Shown one piece after another: positions 1-11,810 of a stretch of 61,197 nucleotides of DNA. Made by a program: the position numbers and the translations under genes. How positions within the stretch are numbered: position 1 is the stretch's first letter; each line of letters begins with the position of its first letter. The notes beneath the pieces were generated by a model. The model ran no database searches. It was given only the letters and a program-made list of their open reading frames with translations, and was not told where the DNA came from. This stretch comes from Vitrella brassicaformis CCMP3155 (lineage: Eukaryota > Protista > Chromerida), in the NCBI GenBank assembly GCA_001179505.1, contig CDMY01000514.1, forward strand, positions 1-61,197, read 5' to 3'.

Positions 1-126
1 GGTATGCTGATGGGGCGGGGATTGATCCCTCCTCCCCTTGAGCCTGTTTGAGTCTGCGTGCTGATGGGACTGTATTTGTATGAGTATCACGGACACACAG
101 ACGAGTGTTACGGTTAATGACATTTC
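1..126 (+). mobile_element. 3' end (last codons + 3' UTR) of a CRE-like non-LTR retrotransposon, second copy of the family at 43989-44988
   Basis: Bases 1-~126 nearly match 44859-~44983 (GCTGATGGGGCGGGGATTGATCCCTCCTCCCCTTGAGCC...GTGTTACGGTTAATGACA), including the element's stop codon; the flanks then diverge. Confidence 0.85.
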
Positions 127-780
127 TCAATTTATTGGTTCTCTGACTACATCATAAAAAACACGAATCCACTGTGCACGACCGAAACAAGTCGACTAAT
201 CTATCGACCAACAACACACCCACCCACCAATCTACCTACGGCGCATGGTATATGTACCAATACGAAAAAACAGAATGATCCATCGCGTTGCCATGCTAGC
301 TGGGGCGATGGGCTGTCGGCAAGTTATGAAACACACATACACATACATATGCGTTATGTGTACGTATGGCATATGGATTCGTGAGCTTGATCGTCGACAG
401 CATGCACAAAAGACACGAATGCACAAAATACACGAGCACACGAAGGCCACCCACCACACGACGCACAGTAGTCACTCTACGTAATCCACCGCCAGACAGT
501 TACAAATCCTGCCCTGGACGCAAAGATAGAGCACCGACGAAAGCAATATAACTCACAATCATCCCACTCCCTCTCTCCCCCCCAGCACACCACACACATG
601 TCACACAACTCACGTGTGCAGAGCATCGAATGAAGTACACCCTAGGCCACACACTCGATCGAACCTCACAAGGCCCCCCAGACCGCGAGACCGCGCGATT
701 CACGGCCTATCTTAGTTGACTTGGTGCGAGAGCGGACGCATCCCCTATTCCCTTTCCATCCCCCCCTTTCGCCCTCGCAA

Positions 781-2304
781 TCAGACTAAGACTGCTTCTG
801 CCCTTGTCTCCCTCGTGGTGGTCCTCGTGATGCTGCTCGTCGTCTGCTTCTCTCTCAGTCGCTTTCTCCTCACTTGGGCAAACAGCATTCCTCCTTTGAA
901 GCAGACCATCAGACAGGTGAAGACGACTGAAAGGACGTAAAGGACGATTGTACTGAGGTCCGACTGGTCCACCGGCATAGACATGAAGGTAATGATCGCA
1001 ATAGGTATCTCTCCCAGCGAGACGATAAAATTGGTAAGATGGAATCTCAGGGACAATTCCATCAGAGGCCGCGCACGAAAGTGTGCATTGAGGGCAACGC
1101 AATCACAGAGACAGAGGACGAAGATGACGACGGATTGCCAGAGAAGCCCACGAGTGACAAGATCAAGACCGACGGCAAGATCGGAAGTCCAATCGAGCAT
1201 CACGAGGAAAAACAGCAAGAGTTTGAGTGATCTCTCCTGACAAATAGGATAACGTACATGTACACAGGCAGAGAAAGAGAGAGTTGCTGGTGCCATAAAC
1301 GAAGAAGTCCGTCAGTGGCTTACCACTGCGATGGCGCTGACTTTGCAGGAACACCATTGAGCGAGTCTTTGATACGCAATCGACTCCTCATACCGAAGAG
1401 GTGAGAACTCTTTGGCGAGAATATGCTGAGTGATATGGGCACGAGGAAGGCGACACCGGTCGGCCCGTGGGACCTTGAATGACCTTGGGACAAATGTGGT
1501 GAAAAGGGTGCATCCTCTGCACCAAATCGCCCCGATGTACACCAGAAACGTGAACAGACCTATTCACAAGAGGTGTACCCAGCCGATGCATGCATTGATC
1601 TTGATTCATTGTCCCTGTCCATTGTTGTTTCTTACGTCCGATTGGCGCAATGTATAGAGCGAAGCTGCCCAGTCCGACGGAGACGATGCAGGCGATATTG
1701 ACAAGCACCATTTCAAAGACGCTGCGCGGAGGCTGGAAATGACCCACGATTTTAAACGCGAGGATCAATGTCGGCCAGAGATATCGACAGGCAATGTCGA
1801 ACCACCAATAACGCAGTCTTTCGGGGCCGACGAGATCCATGAGCGTGATGCAGTAGGCATAGTTGAGCGCACCCGCGAGGACAATATCGATGAGGATGTT
1901 GACGGGAGTGTCCCTCAGCCACTGAACAAAAGGAAGAAGGAAGCAGAACGGAAATCTCATCGTTTTCTTGACCGACTGAAGTGACTGACCAGTTTTATCG
2001 GACCGCAGGTCTCGATAGTCCAAAACCCCCATTCCTCAGGCACAGTGCCGATGTCCACCGGCACACTGTCATCGGCAGCCTTGGTTGGTAAGCAAGGTGG
2101 AAGAGGCTGGGTGTCTTCCGTGATCCGACGACTTGAGCCTGTAGGTGTCAGCGAGCGGGGACTGTCGGCACTCGGACCCTCCGCAGGGATGGCCGACAGG
2201 GAGCGGGACGGACGATGGCCGACAGGGAGCGGGACGTAGCGGGACGGACTGCCGGTGTACAAACTGCCACTGCCGCTGTGACCTCGAGGCAGTTTCATCA
2301 TCAC
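781..2304 (-). pseudogene. Probable pseudogene of a multi-pass membrane protein
   Basis: Hydrophobic segments lie in three ORFs (1957-2304, 1388-2032, 781-1296). One intron is visible (GTAAGC donor ~1322, TTTGTCAG acceptor ~1238). Continuity needs frameshifts at the G/T run ~2022-2030 and at ~1600, and there is an in-frame TGA at 1564-1566 inside a hydrophobic stretch (IGWVHLL*IGLFTFLVYIG). Confidence 0.45.
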
Positions 2305-2846
2305 TCATCTGAGGAAGGAGCCCTGTGGGCGAGGGAAGAAGGGACAGCAGGCGTTTGCCAATGAGTCCGAGCAGGGCAAATTGGAGCAGGGCCAGCGAGC
2401 AGTTGAAGCAGGGGGAGACGAGAAGCAACCGCAGAATGGGATGGATGGATAGATCTCACGAATCTCAGCCTCCACCCAAACGTTTGTACAAAGACAGAGA
2501 AGAGAGAAAGAGAGAGGAGGAAGATTTCAGGAGCACCCTAGGCGGCCTAGAGGGGGGAGAGCGGTTTCACGGAATGTCCTAAGTGCCCCGAAAGCCTGGT
2601 CCAGTGTCTTTCACGCGAAGGAAGCACTTGTCTGGCATTCGTCCACGACAGGCTGCGCATCATTGGAAACATCTTAAGAGGAGAAGCATCTTGCTGACCG
2701 ACCTTCCACGCGAGGCAGTGGACGAATGCCGCCAGTGCGCCAAGGGTGGTTCATATATGTGGAAGACCGAGCGATCCCGAGGAGAGTGAAGGAGCCGATG
2801 CATCGTCCTTTGAGCCAGCCGAATGACGCTGTTCTAAACGACGACA

Positions 2847-3001
2847 TGACAAGAATTTATGGCATGGCTGGCCAGGATTATGACCATTATGACCGTTATG
2901 TGTACAGCGTACCAGCTGACTGTGGTCTGTGACGTGTGGGACTCATGGCCGTACGTGTGGCTCAGTGACGGATTGTCTCTTCACTCACATCGGATCTGAC
3001 A
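2847..3001 (+). repeat. 5' LTR of the copia element
   Basis: TGACAAGA...TCTTCACTCACATCGGATCTGACA, homologous to 6543-6682 with several substitutions and indels. Confidence 0.85.
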
Positions 3002-3045
3002 TGGGCGCAGCAAGTGGTGGCGAGTCGTGAGTGAAGAGGGACGTG

Positions 3046-4322
3046 ATGAGCGTCAATGCCCAGGAGATTGCTGAAGCCTTGGGCAAGGCCCTCGCCAGCA
3101 AGATGGCCAAGGTACAGGGCACCAACGCTGCAGACATCACTCAAGCAGTGGTGGCAGCACTCGGCAATGGAGGGCAGACCAGTGGCTTCTCGTCCAAGCC
3201 CATGACCGACATGCTCAAGTTCTCGGGCATAGCGGGGGAGTGGTACGACTTCTACATGAAGCTGTACGGCCTGATGACGGCAAGGTCGATGGAGGCGCTC
3301 CTGCCCATGACCGAGGCAGAAAGGGCCGCAGCACCAGGGCTGTGGGAGGCTGACTCACTGACGCAGGCACTCTCGGCTGGCTCGAAGGACGAGCCCGTCC
3401 GCCGCCCCACCAAGCAGCACAGGCCCTCAAGGAGCTCTGGAGCCTGCTGATCATCTGCTGCCAGGGCAGGGCACAGGAGATCATCCAGTCGGCAATGGCA
3501 GAATGGAGAGGCAACAAGGACAAGACGGGCAACGGGGCAGAGCTCTTCTACCGGCTGGCAGCGGCATATGCCCCAGACCTGGACGCCATGAAGAGCAGGG
3601 CGGTCGACAACGTGATTCTCTTCGAGATGGCGACCATCGACGTACCCCTCGAGCTGGCGCGCTTCAACAAGCTGTGCGCGCAGGCCAAGGCGCTCGGCCA
3701 GGAGGTGAACGATCTCATTAAGGTCAACATCATGAAGAAAGCCATCTGCAAGACGTTCAGCAAGACAGCCCTCGAGGACTTCATCAAGTACCTCTACGGC
3801 TCGCCAGCACTCCGCGACTGGCAGCAGTTCCAGCAGCGCCTGCAAGACTACGCCGACGACCACAACATGGAGAGCGGCAACATCTCCATGTCGGCCAGCG
3901 TCAAATCGTGGAGCACCGGCAACACAGGCGGCAGAGGCAACGGCAGAGGCCGAGGCAACGGCAGGGGCATCAGTCGCGGCAGGGGTGGTTACGGCAGAGG
4001 GGGCTTCGTCGGCGGTGACGGCCAGGCGGACAACAGCAAGCCCCTCACGCCCCTCCTCTGCGACTACTGCCAGAAGACGCACAAGGGCGGCTGGAAGCAC
4101 TGCTGGGTGCTCAAGTCGGATGAGGAGCGCAACCGGGTCCAGTGGCCGAATGGATGGGTGCCCCCAGGATATCGCAGTCGAGGTGGCCGCGGCGGCTATC
4201 AGCCGTCGAGACGGGGCAGAGGTGCCTCCCGCGGCAGAGGGGGCGGAGGTCGCTCGTACCACACCAACGCGACATTCGAGGACGAGGCCTCGCCGGTCTT
4301 CGAGGAGTCGTACGTCATTTAG
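3046..4322 (+). pseudogene. gag: Copia gag (frameshifted near 3400)
   Basis: ORF 3031-3450 continues after a frameshift into 3495-4322; CDYCQKTHKGGWKHC knuckle flanked by RGG-rich tracts; lies directly after the 5' LTR. Confidence 0.8.
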
Positions 4323-4369
4323 GAGAGCCACGGCATCAGCATGGCGTCACACACAAGGGTGGAGGACGC

Positions 4370-6471
4370 CATCATCGACACACTGCATCATTGCGGACTC
4401 GGGCGCGCAGAAGCACTGCATGTTCGACAAGGGCAACTTCCTCAACCTCACACCCACCAACCGGTACCGTATCCGATCGGTGACGGGGGATACAACAATG
4501 GCAGAGGGGGTGGGTGATGTCCAGCTGTTCGTGCGGACAGCAAAGGGTCGTGTGGCGGAGATGCGAGTGAAGGATGTGTTGTACGTGCGGCGTCACGATG
4601 AGGGTCCTGACATCGGCGGGTGCCCCCAACGGCAGGTCAACGTCGTCAGGACAGAGGAGGAGAACAAGATGCCCACCTTGCTTACATCCGCAACAGGGCC
4701 CCGCAGCTGCGCGGCAGCACCATCCTCCGCAGGCAGCATGCACAGCGGGAGTGGCAGGAGATGCTCAACGACCGCGTCCGCGTGCGACTGGGGAAGCCGC
4801 CGCAGAACAGATATGGCGATGATGCGGGGCGGACGTAGACATAGAGGGGGAGGCAGAGGGGTCGGTGCATCAGTGTGCATGTGCGTGTGTGTGATGTGAT
4901 GTGTTGTGGTGCGTTGTGCTTTGTTGTATCGTGTCGTGTGAATAGAATGAGTGTGCATTCACTCACTGATGTGTCTGGCTGCCATGCCTGCTGTGATTGA
5001 TGAGGAGCTGAGGCGTGACTTGGCGCAAGCCCGGCTTTTGGGCGAGCCCAAGACGTATGCGCAGGCAATGAAGAATCCACTGAGACATAGATGGAGGAGG
5101 CGATGGATCGTGAGATGAATAGTGTGCGTGCAAAGGAAGTGTACAAGACAGTGTCTCGTAGCTCAGCTAGAGGTCAGGTCCTGTCTATCAAATAGGTGTT
5201 TGCTGTACGGTGCGTGGTTTTGAGCAGCCATGGCAGGAGAGAGACCCGACATTCTCACCCACACTCAACTTTGATGCGTTTCGTGTCGAAGCCAGCACAG
5301 CCAATGCGACGGACCTTGACCTGAAGCACATGGATGTCGAGACAGTTTCTTTACTCTCCTTTGCATGAGCCTCTATGGTGTGAGTTTCCTGATGGCTATC
5401 GTGTGGATATATTGGGTGTGTGATGGAGTTAGCGGGTGCTGTATGGTCTGCCCGACGCACCTCGTGCGTGGCACGTACATATCGATTCGTATTTGTGTGA
5501 GCTGGGCTTCCTATCTGTTCGCAGTGAGACGTGACTCTATTACCACGAGTCTCGCCGTATTTTGCTCGCGCGGTATGTAGATGATATGGTAGTTGCATCG
5601 ACGAGTGAGAGCTATGCGTGGCTGCAGGACCGACTGAATGAAGGGTTTGTAGATGTGAGTACCTTTTTGGGCGTGTCACTTGCTCGGGACAGACAGAGTG
5701 GCCTGCTCACGCTCCATCCGTCTAAGTACGTGGATGCTGTGTTAGACAAGTTCAATATGACTGACTGCACGCCGGCCGATTGCCCTCTACCTATCGGCCC
5801 CGATCTCAATGTGCGTAGTGATGCGTACTCACAGAGAGAACTGGCCAAGATAGCTGGCTTCCCGTATCGATCTGTAGTGGGCCACCTGCAGTACGCTGCG
5901 TCGACATGTAGGCCTGATCTGTCCTTTGCGTGTTCCGTGCTGTCTCGTGTGTTGGATGCACCCACACCTGTTCATGTACATGTACATGCGTGTGGTCATG
6001 TGCTGCGTTACATCAAGGGGACACGGGAGCTAGGCATCACTTTTTCTGGCGGTGAATGGGACACAGTGGATGTGCATGCGTCTGGCTGTTTTCAATCTGG
6101 ATGGCTATGCTGATGCGTCACTGACTGACCAGCCAGGAGCAAAGTCGACTGATGGTCATGTGGTGTTCATGGGTGGCGGCGTTGTCATGTGGCGGAGCCC
6201 GTCCAGCACACTGCTGCACAGGGTACATGCATGTGAGTGAGAGTATGATGCCATGGCGCAGTGCACCAAGGCACTCGTATATGTGAAGTTCGTGCTGGAG
6301 GAATGGGTTGGTTTGTTCATTTCGTGTGGTCGTCTCTCTCTGTATGGCGCCACCTTCATTATTTACGTGACTATACAGAGAGAGATGGTCCTCAGATACG
6401 TGCCGAGCAAGGAAAACGTAGCCGATATTTTCACTAAGGTGCTGGATAGAAAAAGCTTTCTTTATAAATAG
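4370..6471 (+). pseudogene. pol: Copia pol remnants: protease, (integrase absent), RT, RNase H
   Basis: IIADSGAQKHC protease at ~4390; RT from ~5045 with YVDD at ~5574; RNase H GYADAS ~6100 and VADIFTK ~6420; fragmented over several frames. Confidence 0.88.
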
Positions 6472-6542
6472 AAGGAGCTTTCTTTTGCTCGGGCGGTGTC
6501 CGCCTCAGTGCCCATATTGTCCTTTTTGGTGCCACTGAGGGG

Positions 6543-6682
6543 TGACAGGATTGGCCAGGAATATGACCGGTATCTGTACAGTGTACCAGCGGCATGCACT
6601 GTGGTCTTTGACGTGTGGGACTCATGGCCATGTGTGTGTGGCTCAGTGACGGATAGTCTCTTCACTCACATCGGATCTGACA
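6543..6682 (+). repeat. 3' LTR of the copia element
   Basis: TGACAGGA...CATCGGATCTGACA after GCCACTGAGGGG; homologous to 2847-3001. Confidence 0.85.
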
Positions 6683-6959
6683 GAGACGGCTCGATGAACA
6701 AGGGCTTTGCCAATGGTGAGAGCGGTAAAACTGACTCCCGAGTATGCTCACCATCCTTATGTCAGCGTTCTGATGGCCACTTCCCCAGGGCATCACTTCT
6801 GTGCACTCTACATGTCAAGGGTTGATGATCCATGACGGACTCGGTGGGGGGTCGGGCAGAGGCTTCTATTTGGCATGCTTGCAGTGATTGAAGGGACAGC
6901 TTGCGTAGTTCTTAGTTTGGATTCTTGATGGATTCCTCGTGCCGATGCGCTTTGTATCT

Positions 6960-8620
6960 GTCCGTCCCTCAGTCCATCGGTTTATGAAATACGTACTGAG
7001 ATATCTGGCTGGGCAGATACATACATAACCTGTCGTATCATGTCAACATATGTTTGTGAGTGAGTGAGCGAGTGAGTCTTCACAACCCATGTGTGTGTGG
7101 TGTGGTGTGCCATCCCTGTGTGTGTAGGTGTCCCTCCCCCCTCTCCCCGTTGGCAGATACGTACGTACGTGTGTGCAGACCAGCAGCATCCCCGCCCATC
7201 AGACAGCCACACAGGCAGGCAGGCAGGCGGGCAGACGGAGGGATGGGAGAGAGACATCAACGATGAATGCCGACACACAGCAGGCAGGTGGGCACGCAGG
7301 CAGGCAGGCAATGCGGCTATTTGTCCTTTCCTTTCCTTTCCTTCTCCTTTCCTCCTTTGCACAGTAATCAGATGGCCAGCCAGCCAGCCAGCCAGCCAGA
7401 AAACAAACGACGACATCCAACCGGGACGCGCATACATGTGTATGCTGTCTATGCTGTGTATGTCATGTCCGCACGGCACGCACACCGATGCGATGCGATG
7501 CACATCCACCAACCATCCAACCACCCATCCATGCATCCATCCATCTCCACACAAAGGAAGAAGCACACCATAGGTACACATGACACTCGCACATCCATCC
7601 ATTCATCCAGCCATCCATGCAGCCTCCCTGTCAATCTCTTCTTCGGTCTGTCGGAGCGTGTGGCGCATTCTCTGCCCCAAATAACGGGCAGAGAGCACCC
7701 ACTCATCTCGTCTCTCGTCGCGTGTCGCCCCTTCCTTCCTGCCTGCCTACCTGCCTGCCCGCCTGCTCGCCTTTCTGCCAGCCACAACACATCGCTCTGT
7801 CCCTCGCTCTCCCCTCCCTCCCTCCCTGCCTGCCTGTCTGTCTCCCTGCCCACCTCGTGCAGACATACACACACCCATGCCCGCAGCACCCCTGTCCCAT
7901 TCCATTCACTCTCCCAGACACAGACAGATCCCTCCCCCCTCCCAATCGTTCGCTTCGGGGCTTTGACAGCAGCACGCTACGCTACCATACCACATACGAG
8001 TCGATCCGGTTCATTCCATTCCTCCTCTCTCTCTGTCTCTCCCCTCCCTCTTGCCCTCCGTCCGTTGATTCCTTCCTTCCTCTCGTGGTGCGTTCCGTGT
8101 TGTGTGCTGTGCTGTGCCGTGCTGAGCTGTGCCCCTCCACTGAAATGCAGATATACGCCAGCCATTCATCCATCCATCCTTCCACCCAACATGTACGTGT
8201 ACGTGTGTGTGTCATGCACCACCACCCACCCACCCCCCCCACCCACTCACACGCAGCCAAGTCAAGAGGGGCCGCATTCAGACGAGGGACAAAAGCACGA
8301 CAGAGGCAAGAGACATTCGAGACCGGCCTGGTGCGTTTGGTGACACCGTTGGCCCAAGTCCCTTTGCTGTCTGGCTTGCTGCCCACCTGCCTGCCCCTAT
8401 CCTTGTGCATTATGAGTATGCCCTCCCCTCCCTCCTTTGCCGCGTGGGTGCGGGTGTGAAGGTGTACGTACGTGTCATGCCATACATACACACATACGAC
8501 GTACATCCACGTAGAAGGAAATGAGCGAGTGAGTGGACGAGCCACTCATCCATCCATCCATCCATCCATAATCCATATAGGCATGCAGATTGCGTGTCAG
8601 GTAGGTCCATGTGGTGTGAT
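6960..8620. repeat. Mosaic of microsatellites and low-complexity DNA ((GCAG)n, (CATC)n, (CCTG)n, (CA)n), apparently intergenic
   Basis: Directly visible short tandem motifs; the ORFs here are translations of repeats. Confidence 0.7.
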
Positions 8621-8678
8621 GTGTGTGTGGTGTGTGGTGTCGGTCGAAGACTTCACGGTCGATCTGTCTGTCTGTCGG

Positions 8679-11171
8679 TCAGCCGTCCATGTGCGGCCCC
8701 CCGTATCCGCCGCCCCCCACCGGAGCCGGTCTCGGGCGATACTGGCTGTGGCCGAACGGCGGGTAACGCCTGACACACAAACACACGATAGACATACAAA
8801 GACATCCATCATCGGCCATATTTCAGTCTGTGGGTATGGTGTGGATGTCATGTACCGACCCGCGTCCGCCGCCCCTGTATCCGCCCCGCCCCCGGCCCCG
8901 CCCACGACCGCCAAAATAACCGAACCCCGGACCGCGACGGGGCAACGCTGCCGTACCAAACGTCTCCTGACACATCGCAGACAGACAGACAGACAGACGA
9001 ACAGACAGACAGAAAATTTACTCGTACATACATCATACAGACACCCAATGTGTTGCGTGCAACATCCATCCATGCATCCATCCCTGCGTGAATGGGCGGG
9101 TGGGGTATGCAGGTAGGTACCGTGTCGACTTGTCTTTGTTTGTCTCTGTCGAGTCGTGTGTCGTGTCCCTCCTGGCGGTCGAGGGTCTCGCAGCTGATGC
9201 TGTCGAAGAACGACGACGCCTTGTTGTACCCGCTCTTCACGTCACCCACATGCGGGTCGTTGGGCGCTGTCTCTACGCACACACATGCAGCCATTCACCG
9301 CATTCAACCATCAAACACATGCATTGGATGCATCAGTCGCGCTTCTGTCTGGTGGGTGCGGTGCGCACGCACGTTTGATGGCGTTTTTGTCGAATTTGAG
9401 GTTGGCATCTTCAAAATTGAATTCGCCCTCGCGTCGCATCTCCTCCTTGACGGCAGCGTTGGGCTGGGCCGGCAGCTCACCAACCACAGTGCGGGGCGCG
9501 TTGGGCTGGTGGTGGGGGTGGCCGCCACCACGGTGGTGGGGACCGCGACCTCCCTGAGACAGACAGACAAACACCCATCTTAATGCTCAGGTGATATCTT
9601 GTGGGATGTCTGTCTGTCTGTCTGTCTGCCTGTCTTTAGTGAGTTATGTGAGGTTGTTGCTTACGTATCCGCCGCCCGGTCCTCCGCCCATGGGTGGCCC
9701 CCCGCCGCCATAGCCCCCGTAGCCCCCACGACCACCACCACGACCGCCGTAGGAGAAATAACCGCCACGACCACCCTACACACACATAATCAAATGGACC
9801 CATACGGCCATTGAGTGACAGAGGCATGGATGGATGGGTGCATGGGGTAGTGTTGTGTCATACGGGGGACTTACTCGTGAGTCGTACCGCGGTGGACCCT
9901 GATGGATGGACAGACAGACAGACAGACAGACAGAAAGACAAGGAGGAAGCGAAAGAAGAAAAAGCGCCACACATGAATGTCGGTTACGAAGTATCTATCT
10001 GCGTATGTACGTATGTAGCTCGCTACGCGGCCTGTCTGCATCCCTCCCTCCCTCCCTGCCTGCCCGTTCCTCGATTGCTTTGCTTGCTTACCCCGTAGCC
10101 TCTGTCGTATCCGCCGCCGGATGGCCCCTGCCCGCCTCCGTATCCGCCGCCACCCATGTGGTTCATGTGACCCCCAGACGAGCGGTACCCGTCCTGCTGA
10201 CCTGCAGTGCAGTGCAATCACACATACATATACCCATCAATCACACCAACGCGTCAGTCACGACAGGTAGGTCCGTGATGTGCGTCGCGTACCATAGCTG
10301 TTGGCGCCTGATGGGTACTGCGGGTAGTTGGCCTGTCGGTCACGGCCGCCGCCCATTGGGCCGCCCATTCCGCCGCCCGGACCACCCTGGGGCGGCCGCT
10401 GACTCATGCCCACACCACCTGGAAGGCCCTGGTCCTAATCAACCCACAGACAACCGCACACGAAGGACAAGAAAATGGTGTTTGGTGACTGGCGTGGGTA
10501 GTTACCTGTGCGTTGGGTGATTGTGCCGGTGCTTGAGAGGTGACGGTGACGATGGCCGGGTCATCGGGTACCTTGTTGGCCTGCTCGCACACCGTCAAAT
10601 CCTTGATGTCCTTGCCTGACAGACAGACAGACAGACAGACAAGAACACACCAAGATGCACCCAGACAGACGTACTCCTTCATCGGCAGTGGGTAAGCGCG
10701 TACCTCGAAAAATAATGAAGTCGTAGACCTCCTCGGACGGCGGGATCTCGGGCGTCTTGCGACCCTCAGTGCCTGATCAAGGTGCAACACCGACACAGAA
10801 GCAGTGTGTGTGGTGCAGGGCCTGCCTCGCTGCCTTTCTGGGTGGATCGCTCACCGAACGATCTGACGCTCTGGAGAGCGACAGTGGACTCCTGGGTGTT
10901 GATCGTGTACAGAATACCTACACAGACAGACAGGCAACACAGAGAAAGGGGGAGAGTGAGGCCGTGACCCTGACGAACAGGACCCACACATCCTCCCACA
11001 CCCTGCCCCTCTCTCATCGCGCGACACGCAACGGAGAGCTGCACATCCCTCCCTCCCTGCCCGTCTGTCTGTCTACCTGTCCTACTGTGTGTTGTGCTAC
11101 CGACCTTCATATCGGATCTCCGAATTGGAGATGAGACTGATTTTGCTGCCGATGTACGGAAGGGTCGCCAT
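8679..11171 (-). CDS. LSM14: LSM14/Scd6/RAP55 (Plasmodium CITH-like) mRNA repression and P-body protein, multi-exon
   Basis: Spliced exons 11105-11171, 10855-10917 and 10704-10772 plus the next give [77 protein letters not shown] (LSm domain). FDF motif EFNFEDANLKFDK (~9400), FFD box YNKASSFFDSISC (~9200), TFG box (~8960), RGG tail; stop at 8679-8681. Confidence 0.95.
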
Positions 11172-11810
11172 AGGTGGTGTCTCTCACTCCTGACGCACCC
11201 ACCCCTTCTCTGCTCGCTCCCCTCTGGCCCTCTCCTCAATCCCACCTCGCTGCGGCCGACGGACTGACAGCCGACCGACCGACAGATCTCTCCTCCCTCC
11301 CCGCTGGCTGCTTGTGCGTGCCGCCGCCTGCCCTGTGCGCTGGGACGGACGCCTGACGTCACTCACCGCCGGCTACGTGTGCTCCTCTGGCCTGAGATCT
11401 CGACGCCTATCTTTTGCTCCCTGCTGAGACGGTACACGCTGGTGCGCACTGGACATGTGTCTGGCCCAACACTCACCCCAAAGACACTCGCTTTTCGAAA
11501 AAGCTCGCAGTTTCAAGCTCGCATCACGCTTCGGGAAGGTTCTCGAACAAAGTGACACAACGAGCTCCTAGAAGGTAGATCAGCAACAGAGAGGAGCGTC
11601 GGCTCGACTGTGTGTGTGCGTGGCAATTGGTGTGTGGGTGTGTGTTTTTGCGTGTTCAGGGCTTCCTGTTGCGATGCCGGTGGAAGGCGTTGGGCCTGTG
11701 CCTCACGAGGAGGACCTGTGGCTGACTGAGCTCCGCGTGCGATAGCGCCTGATTGTTGGATCTCTTGTTTGTGTGTGATGCGACGAAGGCGGCCTCCACG
11801 TGCACTCCAA

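Larger units (their letters stand above)
2847..6682 (+). mobile_element. Degenerate, internally deleted Ty1/copia LTR retrotransposon
   Basis: Two similar LTRs (TG...CA), gag with Zn knuckle, copia protease DSGA, RT (EPKTYAQAM, YVDD, PYRSVVGHLQY, RPDLSFA) and RNase H (GYADAS, ENVADIFTK). Short purine tract GAGGGG precedes the 3' LTR. Many frameshifts; no integrase core; no matching TSD seen. Confidence 0.92.

Noticed and set aside
3252-4331. 359-aa minus-strand ORF
   Set aside because: Antisense shadow of the GC3-rich gag ORF.
2842-6687. TSD for the copia element
   Set aside because: Flanks CGACA and GAGAC do not match; no TSD claimed.
6982-8600. Long ORFs of 150-358 aa on both strands
   Set aside because: Translations of microsatellites (PACL, CVCV, MDGW); no domain motifs or coding-like composition.
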